64,000 nt of DNA from NCBI GenBank assembly GCA_027022365.1, contig JALVYU010000007.1:1-64000 (forward strand). The letters run 5' to 3'. This DNA comes from Desulfurococcales archaeon. GTDB lineage: Archaea; Thermoproteota; Thermoprotei_A; Sulfolobales; Desulfurococcaceae. Both the position numbers and the translations under genes were made by a program. How positions within the stretch are numbered: the first letter of the stretch is position 1; every line of letters starts with the position of its first letter. Of the stretch, positions 43,538 through 53,318 are shown piece by piece. The notes under the pieces were generated by a model. The model worked only from the letters and a program-made list of their open reading frames with translations. It had not been told where the DNA came from and did no database searches.

Positions 43538-45358
43538 TTAGCCAATAATTTCTTTGATAACTGGTACAACATAGTCCAAGCCAAGCTTCCTCAACGTCTC
43601 TTCACGCGGTACTCCATTCTCATTCCATCCACGCAACTCGTAGTAGAGGCTCAGCATTTTATCATATTTATTGATGTCGAGCTTAGCGCCTGTGAAGGGC
43701 CCCTTTGTCAGTGGGTGCTTGAACCACCTGATCGGTGGGTAATCCAGCGCCCTGTCCCACCATCCGTACTCTCTTATCCAGAACGCCCTGATGAGGTTGT
43801 ATATCCTGTCGCCTACAGTGTAGATGTCGTCAAGCGTGTACGTTACCCCCGTAATGTATGATAGCATCTTGGGGTAGTGTTCCAGATTTACACCAAGCTC
43901 CACCCATGGTAGACGACATGTCGTCAGCGACTCAAACATTCCTCCACGTACTCTTTGTAGGAACAATAGTTTCTCTACCTTGGCCCTATCGTAGCTAAAC
44001 CTGTCCATTTTTACCTCAAGGCCTATCAGCCAAGCATCTTTATGGTGGGCCCCGATCGGTGATGTACCGTATGCCAAGGCCATTCCCGGGGCTGTATGGC
44101 AATCATACGCTGATACTTCTAAGCCCTTGACATGGATCGCGAATTCTTCTGCTTCCTTGCCTAGATGCCTGGATAATGTTCTTACTCCTTCGGCTGCTAG
44201 GTAGCCTAAGCCCCTCCTATAGGCTGTATCGATGATTAGTTGTTTTGCCGCCTTATAGTCGCCCCAGCCGATCTTCTCGTCTATTAGTCCTCTGTCTGAG
44301 GCCTCCATGAGGAAGCCCAGAACATTGCCCATTGAGATAGTGTCTAGTCCGAGTTTGTCGCAGAGCTTGTTTAGCTCAGCCACTCTCCTTAGGTCGGGAA
44401 GCAGTATGTTGCTTCCGAGCATTGCTACGTTTTCGTAGTCGAGCTCGCTCTCCTCTCCTATGTCATCGATCACGACGTTTCCGCACTGCATGTTACAGTA
44501 TGGGCATCCTCTTCTCTTGATCTTGATCTTTTCCATCAAGTCGCCACTAATCCTGTCATAGTACTCCCATACGCCCTCCCTATAGTTCATTGTTGGGAGA
44601 ACGCTGTTCTCATTGCTCCAGTTAATCGTCATCATCGTGCCCTGCCTTACCCAGAAATCATAGCCTTCAGCTCTGAGGATCTCTTCATACGCTTTCTTGG
44701 CCTCTTCCCTTAGTTTCTCCGGATCCGCGACGCTTGGCTCCTTCGTACCCTTTATCACTATTGCTTTCAGCTTCTTGCTTCCCATGACTGCACCCATTCC
44801 CGGTCTTCCACCGCTTCTCCCCTTCATAGAGATCACTGTCGCATATCTTACAAGGTGCTCTCCCGCAGGCCCGATCAGAAGGATGCCCACGTTCTTGCCG
44901 TGCTCCTCGACTAGTTTGTCTTCCGCAGCGAATGTGTCGAGGCCCCAGAGATGCTCTGCGTCCCTGATCTCGACCTTGTCGTCCTCGATATAGATGTACA
45001 CGGGCTTCCTGGCCTTGCCCTCGATTACTATCGCGTCGTAACCTGCTTTCCTCAGGTGGACGCTAGCCATTGTACCAACGTTCCCGTCACCGTACCCGCC
45101 TGTTAACGGGCTCTTCGAAGCAACGATCATTTTACCGCTGCTCGGTAATGGCATTCCCGAGAGAGGCCCCACAGCAAATGCCAGTTTATTATATGGAGAG
45201 AAAGGATCAACTCCTCGCGGTAGCTCGTCCCATAGGATCTTGATGGCCAGGCCCCGGCCTCCTATGAAATCTTTGAGAATAGCAGGGTCGATGGCGGTGA
45301 TACTAGTTTTTTGCCTTGATAAATCTATGCGTAGAATCCTGCCACTCCATCCGTGCAT
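43538..45358 (-). CDS. Tungsten aldehyde:ferredoxin oxidoreductase family (AOR/FOR-like)
   Basis: [43 protein letters not shown]-terminal YYELRGW...G.P. Confidence 0.95.
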   Translation of the reverse strand: MHGWSGRILRIDLSRQKTSITAIDPAILKDFIGGRGLAIKILWDELPRGVDPFSPYNKLAFAVGPLSGMPLPSSGKMIVASKSPLTGGYGDGNVGTMASVHLRKAGYDAIVIEGKARKPVYIYIEDDKVEIRDAEHLWGLDTFAAEDKLVEEHGKNVGILLIGPAGEHLVRYATVISMKGRSGGRPGMGAVMGSKKLKAIVIKGTKEPSVADPEKLREEAKKAYEEILRAEGYDFWVRQGTMMTINWSNENSVLPTMNYREGVWEYYDRISGDLMEKIKIKRRGCPYCNMQCGNVVIDDIGEESELDYENVAMLGSNILLPDLRRVAELNKLCDKLGLDTISMGNVLGFLMEASDRGLIDEKIGWGDYKAAKQLIIDTAYRRGLGYLAAEGVRTLSRHLGKEAEEFAIHVKGLEVSAYDCHTAPGMALAYGTSPIGAHHKDAWLIGLEVKMDRFSYDRAKVEKLLFLQRVRGGMFESLTTCRLPWVELGVNLEHYPKMLSYITGVTYTLDDIYTVGDRIYNLIRAFWIREYGWWDRALDYPPIRWFKHPLTKGPFTGAKLDINKYDKMLSLYYELRGWNENGVPREETLRKLGLDYVVPVIKEIIG

Positions 45359-45372
45359 GGGTGTACACCAAT

Positions 45373-45392
45373 TGAATATACCTATATATTCA
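45373..45392. promoter_or_regulatory. Palindrome TGAATATA-CCTA-TATATTCA, putative operator of the AOR gene
   Basis: Perfect 8-bp arms, 15-34 nt upstream of the AOR ATG. Confidence 0.45.
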
Positions 45393-45447
45393 TGTATATA
45401 TTCGTAATGAAAGGAAGAATTAATAGCGTGTTATCCAGATCTTGTTC

Positions 45448-45508
45448 TGGATGATGAGTACTCCCCGGTTGGAGAAAAACGATGAAGATAATTCCTTTAG
45501 CTGACACC
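45448..45508 (+). ncRNA. Box C/D dual-guide sRNA targeting 16S rRNA
   Basis: ATGATGA (45451-57), ATGAAGA (45482-88), CTGA (45501-04); guides GTACTCCCCGG and AATTCCTTTAG complement 16S 1256-1266 and 1284-1294 in this window. Confidence 0.88.
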
Positions 45509-45519
45509 TATACAGGGAT

Positions 45520-46365
45520 GTGAGGAAAATGAGTTCAGGAGTAAGGGTTCTACTAAAGAATATACTTGTTCCTGAAGAGAATGAGTTCAAGAACATCTAC
45601 ATATACATTGATAACGACAAGATAGCCGACCTCGGCGAAAAAATACCGGTTGAATACGAGTTCGCCGAACTAGTCCTCGACTATAATAGCGAATACATAG
45701 CTTTTCCCGGCTTCAGTGTTCTTGTTTCACTCACGGACAGATACCCCGGCATTTATAAGACTAGTTCTATCGATAAGAAGGAGATAGTAAAAGCTGCTCT
45801 CTACGAGCTAGTTATGAACGGCGTAACATTGCCGATCATAATGGATAGGGATACGTCCATCGTTAAACATGCACTTAAGGAGGTAGAATTCCCGGCCATA
45901 CTTATTGAGGACAATGTAAAGGAGGACCAGAACAACGTTTATCTCAGCGGAATCAGGAGGGATGACGGCATATTGATCGGCGACACATTCTTCGGCTGGA
46001 CAGAGATATGTCGCCCGAACCATATACGTGATAACTGCAAGCTATTAGACCTCAGAGGCCTACACACCTATAATGTATCAGCTCTACTAAACATGAGCAG
46101 TAAAAACAGCATGGATACAGTGCTTGACGTGCTGTGGAGACCATATAAGGCTTTAGGGCTCGGCGATAAAAAACTAGCCAAAGGATCAAGAGCCGATATA
46201 GTTCTCTACAAAATATCTGAACCACCTAAACTAGTAACACCGAGGAACTACATGGATCTCCTCAGGTCAGGCTATAGCCCCGACACAGTGATAGTAGCTG
46301 GAGAATTATATATCGACAAGAATGAACCACTAATACTGCAGGCCCCAAGAATAAAGCTATGGTAG
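45520..46365 (+). CDS. Amidohydrolase-like protein lacking metal ligands
   Basis: IYIDNDKIADLG, AFPGF (no HxH), MNGVT, LAKGSRADIVLY, TVIVAGE. Confidence 0.7.
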   Translation: MRKMSSGVRVLLKNILVPEENEFKNIYIYIDNDKIADLGEKIPVEYEFAELVLDYNSEYIAFPGFSVLVSLTDRYPGIYKTSSIDKKEIVKAALYELVMNGVTLPIIMDRDTSIVKHALKEVEFPAILIEDNVKEDQNNVYLSGIRRDDGILIGDTFFGWTEICRPNHIRDNCKLLDLRGLHTYNVSALLNMSSKNSMDTVLDVLWRPYKALGLGDKKLAKGSRADIVLYKISEPPKLVTPRNYMDLLRSGYSPDTVIVAGELYIDKNEPLILQAPRIKLW

Positions 46366-46372
46366 TAAACAG

Positions 46373-47266
46373 ATGCGTGCTGGGCAGATCTTCAATATAG
46401 CCATATTCAACCAGTTTATCGATAGCTTTACCAGGAAAGCCATGCTTCTCTCTAATCCACGTGATATAGATGAAGCGCTAAAGAACATTTACCTTTTATC
46501 CAATGTAATCTTCCCTTATAGCGATACGTTTCTTGTAAAAACACATCGCTATATGGAGAAATACCGTGAATACAGGCAATACTATGATAGGATCAGAGTC
46601 TTACTCCTAAATACTTCACAAGCTCTCGAGAAAAGGCTACGAGAAGAAATAGGTTTCCTCAAGGCGCAAGGTATAGAATCCATAATATCGAGAGTCATTT
46701 ACTTAATGGCAGTCCTGAACTGTGACGAATCATTATACAGAAGGTACTTGGACCCCTTAAAGATACAGAAAATACTCTCAGTCCCACCAACACCGTGGGC
46801 TCACCACTCCAAGATATTCGACTTTATAGCCGGAGATACACGCCTCAATATCATACCGGGTGGAATAATACAGTTATGGCCTTTAAAAGTCCTCCTTGAA
46901 GAACTAAATAGTAGAGGGGTATCTTCCCGAATATATCTGCCAGCAACAAGGCTCCTAGACTATATTAGTAATATCGATTACTTTGACGGTATAAATGACA
47001 AAGCCGAAATAGTAACCTATAACCCGGAAAAACTAAGAGAAATAATCACATACCTCGGGGAAAAACACGAACCAGTACTAGTATCAAATATGCTGGGAAT
47101 AGCATCAATCACAACACTACTGCATACAAAAGGCAAAACATACGATAATATATACCCCCTCTTCAACCCTATTGATACGAGGCTAGCACGATACCTAGTT
47201 CAAACACCATACATCATACCAGCAACAAGTATAGTTGAAACAATAAGGATCGACGCAGAGAAATAA
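46373..47266 (+). CDS. Hypothetical protein
   Basis: 297-aa ORF in operon with the upstream gene. Confidence 0.7.
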   Translation: MRAGQIFNIAIFNQFIDSFTRKAMLLSNPRDIDEALKNIYLLSNVIFPYSDTFLVKTHRYMEKYREYRQYYDRIRVLLLNTSQALEKRLREEIGFLKAQGIESIISRVIYLMAVLNCDESLYRRYLDPLKIQKILSVPPTPWAHHSKIFDFIAGDTRLNIIPGGIIQLWPLKVLLEELNSRGVSSRIYLPATRLLDYISNIDYFDGINDKAEIVTYNPEKLREIITYLGEKHEPVLVSNMLGIASITTLLHTKGKTYDNIYPLFNPIDTRLARYLVQTPYIIPATSIVETIRIDAEK

Positions 47267-47340
47267 TGGGCCCGGGGGGATTCGAACCCCCGACCTCCCG
47301 GTTATCAGCCGGGCGCTCCACCAGGCTGAGCTACGGGCCC
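47267..47340 (-). tRNA. tRNA-Ile (GAU), intronless, CCA not encoded
   Basis: GGGCCCGTAGCTCAGCCTGGTGGAGCGCCCGGCT-GAT-AACCGGGAGGTCGGGGGTTCGAATCCCCCCGGGCCCA cloverleaf; TTTATAAA at 47382-47389. Confidence 0.97.
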
Positions 47341-47497
47341 ACGTATTCTTTTTCCGATTAGTGTTGTAACCGTGTTCTTAGTTTATAAATTTGTTTGGCC
47401 CTCCCGATAATATGTCTTCATCCCATGATCCGTTTATCCGCTGCCTGTCATCGGGCCCGTGTTAGAAGAATACGTAGATGAGCTAATAAGTATCATG

Positions 47498-47566
47498 GGT
47501 TGCCGGGTTGTTGCTACAATGGATCATCACTGCTCAGCCCGCCCATCGGCTCCATCCCCGGCAACC
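47498..47566 (-). ncRNA. Atypical K-turn / C/D-like small RNA candidate
   Basis: 10-bp terminal helix, internal CTGA-GCA-GTGATGA, two segments complementary to rRNA. Confidence 0.6.
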
Positions 47567-47620
47567 AGTTAGTATCATTTATTTTTGCTTAATTTAACCT
47601 ATCTTTATGGATGTAAGTAC

Positions 47621-48439
47621 ATGGTGGTTGGTTTGAGTGGGCCTATAGTACTAATAACGGATTTCGGGTTAAAGGATCCCTATGTTGGCGTTATGAAGGG
47701 CGTTATAAAGACCATTAATCCTGAGGCACAGATAATAGATTTGACCCATAATGTGAGAAAGTTCGATATAAATGCAGCAGCCGTGATACTCCTAGTATCC
47801 GCCAAGTATTTCCCACGTGGTTCTATCTTTACTTGTGTTGTGGACCCTGGTGTAGGTAGCTCTAGGCGTGCAATCCTGATCGTCACGAAAAACTACTACT
47901 TGGTTGGTCCGGACAATGGATGTTTATCACTGCTTGCCGAGGAAGACGGAGTAATAGGGGTATATGATATATCAAGATCTCCATACAGGCTTCCAAGGGT
48001 TTCAGGCACCTTCCACGGTAGAGACGTATTTGCACCAATAGCGGCCTGGCTATCACGTGGTCTCAAACCAGAACAGCTCGGCGAACCGATCGATGACTAC
48101 GTGAAACTAGATATACAGAAACCGAGGGTATCAGGTAATATTATTGAGGGGATGATCATCTATATTGATCACTTCGGAAACATCATGAGCAATATAAGCC
48201 GTGAGCTCATCGAAAAAGTGGGCATAAGGCTTGGAGACACCATAAACGTACTCCTAGGCTCTAGAGGGTTCAAGTGCCCATACGTACGTAGCTTCAGTAA
48301 TGTTCCCGAAGGAGAGGTTGCATGCTATATTAACTCATGGGGATATTTCGAGATAGGAATTAACAAATCAAGTGCAGCGGAGCTCCTCAAAGTCGAAACC
48401 GGAGAGAAGATAAAAATCTACAAATACAATCCATCATAG
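47621..48439 (+). CDS. SAM hydroxide adenosyltransferase / chlorinase family (DUF62)
   Basis: ITDFGLKDPYVGVMKG, VVDPGVGS.R, GPDNG, TFHGRDVFAP, IDHFGN. Confidence 0.93.
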   Translation: MVVGLSGPIVLITDFGLKDPYVGVMKGVIKTINPEAQIIDLTHNVRKFDINAAAVILLVSAKYFPRGSIFTCVVDPGVGSSRRAILIVTKNYYLVGPDNGCLSLLAEEDGVIGVYDISRSPYRLPRVSGTFHGRDVFAPIAAWLSRGLKPEQLGEPIDDYVKLDIQKPRVSGNIIEGMIIYIDHFGNIMSNISRELIEKVGIRLGDTINVLLGSRGFKCPYVRSFSNVPEGEVACYINSWGYFEIGINKSSAAELLKVETGEKIKIYKYNPS

Positions 48440-48449
48440 GTGCACCTAC

Positions 48450-49226
48450 ATGTGCAGAATGATTATTGGTGTTTTTTCGCAGGATACAGAAGTGGGCGAG
48501 ATCACCCCGTTCATAGAGTCCTTAAGAGCGGCGGCAGAGCATGATCCTCTTTTAGTTCAATATACTAATGGTAGAAAAACAAGTCATTCCGATGGATGGG
48601 GTTATGTGATCATATCACCCAACTATATCGTTGAATATAAATCGTTAATGCCGATTTACATGGACGAGAAAGGATATAGCCAGCTGATCAATAGCCTCCA
48701 ATGGATAATAGAAATTAATGAAGCCTTCGCTTTCATGGCTCATGCAAGGCTTGCGTCACCCGAATATCGAAGAAGCCTAGTTGACACCCATCCTTTTCAC
48801 TTCTATACAGTTGACGATCATGATTCCTGGCTGGTTATGAACGGAACATTAACGAAAGAATGTATTAAGAACAAAAACAATAGATCCGACACATATAATC
48901 TAGTCAAAGATATCTCTAACGAGAAATTTGATGAAATACCGCGAAAAATACTTGAACAAATAATTAAGAATCCCGGTTGTGTTAGGGCAGGTCTTGCTAT
49001 AGGAATAATAGGTTTCAATACTTTAAACTCCTCTATCAGGGGTTATTTTGTATATTATACGAGAAAGGACAAAAACTGCCGAGGCTACTATGATTACTAT
49101 GATTTGAGACTCAATGAAAACTATATTATTATGAGCTCGACGGTTAAATACTACTTATCTAAAAAACACAGAGCAGTCGTTGACAAAGTAAATAGGATCA
49201 GGAGCCCTGCTATTATCAGGCTCTAA
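48450..49226 (+). CDS. Class II glutamine amidotransferase (Ntn) family protein
   Basis: N-terminal MCR, HSDGWG, HARLAS, THPF, NG, SDT. Confidence 0.85.
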   Translation: MCRMIIGVFSQDTEVGEITPFIESLRAAAEHDPLLVQYTNGRKTSHSDGWGYVIISPNYIVEYKSLMPIYMDEKGYSQLINSLQWIIEINEAFAFMAHARLASPEYRRSLVDTHPFHFYTVDDHDSWLVMNGTLTKECIKNKNNRSDTYNLVKDISNEKFDEIPRKILEQIIKNPGCVRAGLAIGIIGFNTLNSSIRGYFVYYTRKDKNCRGYYDYYDLRLNENYIIMSSTVKYYLSKKHRAVVDKVNRIRSPAIIRL

Positions 49227-49382
49227 TTTGATGTCACTGTAATACCTTATTTTCGATAAACGTGGGACTTAGCATAATGTGTGGTATTATCTTGTAACTA
49301 CTGAATAGTACACCGTGGACATAATATATACTTATATTTATCGTAACATTGATATATAATAGGGTTTGGAAGGTGACTCTCT

Positions 49383-50438
49383 GTGTCGTCGCTAGTTTTT
49401 AAAAGAGTGGTAGTTTCGCCGCTCGAAATAGATAGAGTTAGATTAGGCCTAATCGATCTAGAAGAGATGATGAAGTATTTATCATTTGTGAAAAGTGTTA
49501 AAAAAGCGAAAGAAGGTGTTCTTGTCGAATTAAGCCTTAGAAAAGGTTTTACTAGATTCCGCGACGTACTATTGTTTCGTGTCGAACTACTGGATGACTA
49601 CGATGTAATGATTGAGGGCGTCGGTTCTAGCGTCGAGGTACGTATAACAGCGAGACTTCAGGTTCTATTTCCGGGAACAACTACGGTTAACCTCGAGATC
49701 GAGATATCAGGCGAAAACAGGAGGGTGTTGGGAGGACTTGTAAATAAGTTTGTCCAAGAACTTAGATCGTATCTAGGTAGGAACGGTCCTGTTGAACGCA
49801 AGTACAAGCCGGGTGAGAAAGAACCTGTTATTCTGAGAAAGCTTTTGGAGAGAGCTCGTAAAGAGGTTGAAGAAATAAGGGGGACTCCTACCGAGGCACG
49901 GCCTGAAGTTATGGCTGAGACTGTTCCAAGTATCGGTGAGACGACGCCTGTGCCAGCAATGGAAGAGACTAAGCCGATAGCAAAGGTCGAGGAAGGTGTA
50001 AAAACTGGCGCTGAGGCTAAGCCTGAAAAACCGGAAGAAGTAAGAGTAGCAAGAGTAGCTAAAGAGGTTAGACCTAATATCTCTATTGAAGAGGTGAGCT
50101 TAAAGCTTGCTGATCCAGTAACTGTTGCTCAGATCCTTTTTAATTCATCACTGCTAGTTGATTCAAAAACTGAGTCATTCAGCCTAGACGTAGTGAATAA
50201 CCTCCTTAGAGGCAAGGATCTGAGTAGTTATAAGTACATATATGTTACTGTTAAGAAGAGGGGATCACGTGATGAGGCAAAAATACTCCTAGATCCTAGA
50301 ATGAACATTATTGGTGCACATGTGATCACATCTTCAGGCGAAATATTCGGTCTCGACGCTATAGAAGAAGTGAGAAAATGGAGTAATGTTCCCCTTCTAC
50401 TACGTATTTGGGGGGTAACAGCCGATATACTTTCTTAG
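49383..50438 (+). CDS. Hypothetical two-domain protein (SRPBCC-like N-terminus, Glu/Pro-rich linker)
   Basis: 351-aa ORF with AGGTGA SD; low-complexity linker at about residues 160-230. Confidence 0.65.
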   Translation: MSSLVFKRVVVSPLEIDRVRLGLIDLEEMMKYLSFVKSVKKAKEGVLVELSLRKGFTRFRDVLLFRVELLDDYDVMIEGVGSSVEVRITARLQVLFPGTTTVNLEIEISGENRRVLGGLVNKFVQELRSYLGRNGPVERKYKPGEKEPVILRKLLERARKEVEEIRGTPTEARPEVMAETVPSIGETTPVPAMEETKPIAKVEEGVKTGAEAKPEKPEEVRVARVAKEVRPNISIEEVSLKLADPVTVAQILFNSSLLVDSKTESFSLDVVNNLLRGKDLSSYKYIYVTVKKRGSRDEAKILLDPRMNIIGAHVITSSGEIFGLDAIEEVRKWSNVPLLLRIWGVTADILS

Positions 50439-50485
50439 CTGTTCCCCCAATATTTCTAATACCTTTGGGGTATCAGGTGATCAGG

Positions 50486-50899
50486 GTGGATAAGAAACCT
50501 CGAGGAGTTAAATTTGGGATATATCTGAGTGAGGAGCTGGATAAGGGGCTAAGAGAATGCATGAGATCGCTTGGGATTAAGAGTAGATCTCGAGCTATAC
50601 AGGAAGCTATACAGTTGTTTATTGCCGAGAACAAGTGGCGTTTAAAAGGTAGAGTAGCGGGTGTTATCGGTGTAATATATAATCATGATGTGCGTGGCGT
50701 AGACGAGAAACTTACCGATATTCAGCATGAGTATATAGAAGTAATTGTTGCAACTCTTCACGTCCACCTGACGAAGGAGAAATGCATGCTGGCTATACTC
50801 GTGAGGGGAGACTCACCTGTTATTAGAGAACTGGTTAGAAAAATAAATAGTGTTAAAGGCGTATTATTTGTGCGGCCCTTGCTTCTCGAAGCTACTTAA
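50486..50899 (+). CDS. nikR: NikR-like ribbon-helix-helix regulator
   Basis: FGIYL...SRSRAIQEAI RHH; YNH, IQHEY, LHVHL...C nickel ligands; AGGTGA SD before GTG 50486. Confidence 0.85.
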   Translation: MDKKPRGVKFGIYLSEELDKGLRECMRSLGIKSRSRAIQEAIQLFIAENKWRLKGRVAGVIGVIYNHDVRGVDEKLTDIQHEYIEVIVATLHVHLTKEKCMLAILVRGDSPVIRELVRKINSVKGVLFVRPLLLEAT

Positions 50900-51517
50900 C
50901 CTATCTAATACACAAAGAATAGGTCTAACGACATCGTGGAGGGATACAAACGGATAATTACCTTGTCCTAACATGTTGTTCTTCATAAGAGAATCTGATA
51001 TCATCGGTACATGAAAGAACACTCCTAATCTCCCCGTCTTCCAGCTCCATCTATATATATGGTAGGCTAATGCGTTACACAGATATGTCCCGGTGGACAG
51101 ACCTACAGTTATATCGTGGTTTATTTTTCTGCATTCTTCAATTACATGTACGGGATCAAAGATAGGCGTTCTAATGAGTGGTTCATCATTAAATAGTCTC
51201 TTGTACGGGTAGATTTTATGATCCGCATCGGGGATCCTGTAGCTGGCGATATTGATTGCTGCTGCCTCGAGTATGGGCACACGTGCCCCAGGATACATTC
51301 CAAGTCCAATAATTATGTCTGGCTGAATATTTCCTAATTCGTTTGAGAAAAAATTATGGACATCTGAGAGCGAAACCCTTAGAATTTTTACATAGACAGT
51401 GTTTCCACTAGTAGATAGTTTATTCTTTAGTTCTAGGGCGACATCAATACATGAATTGAATAGATAGCCATTATAGCTTCCGTATCCGAGGACAAGTATT
51501 TTCATCCCAACACCCAA
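50864..51517 (-). CDS. pcp: Pyroglutamyl-peptidase I (C15)
   Basis: ILVLGYG, GLG, catalytic E (ILEAAAIN), C (TGTYLCN) and H (FFHVP). Confidence 0.85.
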   Translation of the reverse strand: MGVGMKILVLGYGSYNGYLFNSCIDVALELKNKLSTSGNTVYVKILRVSLSDVHNFFSNELGNIQPDIIIGLGMYPGARVPILEAAAINIASYRIPDADHKIYPYKRLFNDEPLIRTPIFDPVHVIEECRKINHDITVGLSTGTYLCNALAYHIYRWSWKTGRLGVFFHVPMISDSLMKNNMLGQGNYPFVSLHDVVRPILCVLDRLSSFEKQGPHK

Positions 51518-51564
51518 CGTTAAGTATAATAATGTGTTATGATTCTAAAGGTTTGCAGGGCACA

Positions 51565-52227
51565 ATGGATAGAAAGATCGTGGTAGTAGATAATCCGCTT
51601 ATCAAATCATATCTAACAATCCTTAGAAACACAAGGACTCAGCCGCCGTTCTTTAGAGAAATTATGGAGAAAATAGGCTTCTACATCGGATTTGAGATAG
51701 CAAAACTCCTGGATTGGAAGACAGTACAGGTAATAACACCGCTAGGACGGGCTAGGGGATTGACTATTTCGAGAGAGGTGGTTGCAGTCGGTATACTGGG
51801 AGCATCTCTTCCATTGTTATATGGCTTCGTAAAGTCAATGCCATGGGCTGGAATAGGATTAATAGCAGCGAGAAGAATAGAAGAACATAATAAGAATTAT
51901 CTGGATGTCGAAATATACTACACGAGATTGCCTAGAGATTTGCACAATAAAGTAGTGGTTCTTCTCGATCCCATGCTTGCCACTGGTCTAACACTAAAGA
52001 AATCTGTAGAACTGCTTAGTAGACTTGGCGCTTCTGATATTGTAGTGGCTTCGGTTATTGCTAGTAGAGAAGGCTTAGAGAAGCTTTCAAAGGAGAAGAG
52101 TGTAAAAGCCATAATTGTCTGTTCGGTCGACGAGAAACTCGATAAGAACTATTTCATTGTTCCAGGTCTCGGAGACGCTGGCGATCGAGCGCTGAGTGGA
52201 ACTCTTTCATTATTGGATATTCAATAA
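51565..52227 (+). CDS. upp: Uracil phosphoribosyltransferase
   Basis: LTILRN..T, DPMLATG, YFIVPGLGDAGDR. Confidence 0.95.
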   Translation: MDRKIVVVDNPLIKSYLTILRNTRTQPPFFREIMEKIGFYIGFEIAKLLDWKTVQVITPLGRARGLTISREVVAVGILGASLPLLYGFVKSMPWAGIGLIAARRIEEHNKNYLDVEIYYTRLPRDLHNKVVVLLDPMLATGLTLKKSVELLSRLGASDIVVASVIASREGLEKLSKEKSVKAIIVCSVDEKLDKNYFIVPGLGDAGDRALSGTLSLLDIQ

Positions 52228-52339
52228 GTATGTTGCAAAAACATAATTTTTTAACAGATCTGAATATAATTTATGCAAACTTTATAGTACCTTATTCAAT
52301 ACTTTTGTCAGTGTTTTGAACCTATATAAAGTATTTAAT

Positions 52340-53318
52340 CTGGGTCTATAGTGCTAATAAAGAGATCAACAGGTGCAGGTAAGACGATATTTAGCGCTAA
52401 TGTTGCTAAGGAAGTTATCAAAGGATACGGTCAAAAAGTGGCATGGATAAGTCTTCTCCTTGAGCCGAATGATATGATGGATATATTTTCTAGCATATTA
52501 AGGGTTAATCTAGATGATTATATAAATTCCGGGCAACTCAAGTACTATGGATTTGAAATAGTGTCCGTTTCGACAGACGGATAATGATCTCTCAGCTCCT
52601 CAGTAATATAATTGACACTAATCGTCCAGATGGTATTTCGAAGGATCTTGGAAGTAATATAAATCATGAGGTAAGAATACCTACAGGAATCGTTGGGTTC
52701 GATGATATCTTGGGTGGAGGCCTTATTCGGGGAAATCAACGCTTCTTATAGATCCATTAGGAGTTGGTAAAACAATTCTAATGACGACTATGGCATAGAA
52801 TATGACTAGAGAAGGAGAGCATGTATATTATGTTAGCTTTGAGGAACCAGAGCAACAACTTGTAGAGACTCTCAGATTCTTGGGCTTCAATACGGAAGGA
52901 TTGAAAGGTGAACTAACGATACGCTCGATAAATCGAGAATTATTATTAATTCATTCTTCAGCATCATAGATCGAATAGTCGACCTCTCAAAATCGTTTGC
53001 CATATTTAGCGACGGACTATATAGTCTATGGAAGGGATTTTGGATATGGTTTTCATAGATATGTCAGAGACCTGATATACTATTCAAAGAGCTCAAATGC
53101 ATCCATGATGTTGTCGGTGATATACGAGAAGGGAGTTGAAGAGAAATTATATGTATGGCTAAGTATAATGTGTGATGGCATTATCGAAATGAACTTTTGT
53201 AGAGAAAAAATAGAGGTGTTAGAAGATTAATATGTTCGGGGAATGATGCTATTATCCCCGCCTCGGAAATACTTCGAGGTATTATTTGAGAATAAAAAGA
53301 AGTCTATCAGGATATTAT
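52340..53318 (+). pseudogene. Decayed double-domain KaiC/RAD55-like RecA-superfamily ATPase
   Basis: Fragments in different frames: GSIVLIKRSTGAGKTIF; RIPTGIVGFDDILGGGL; (frameshift) GVGKTILMTTMA*NMTREGEHVYYVSFEEP; MCDGIIEM. Confidence 0.85.

Noticed and set aside
47267-47340. Island integrated at the tRNA-Ile or tRNA-Gly 3' end
   Set aside because: No duplicated tRNA 3' fragment or adjacent integrase found.
49314-49342. dif-like sequence CGTGGACATAA-TATATAC-TTATATTTATC
   Set aside because: Spacer is 7 nt rather than 6, arms are poorly symmetric, and it sits in a promoter region; more likely TATA or operator DNA.
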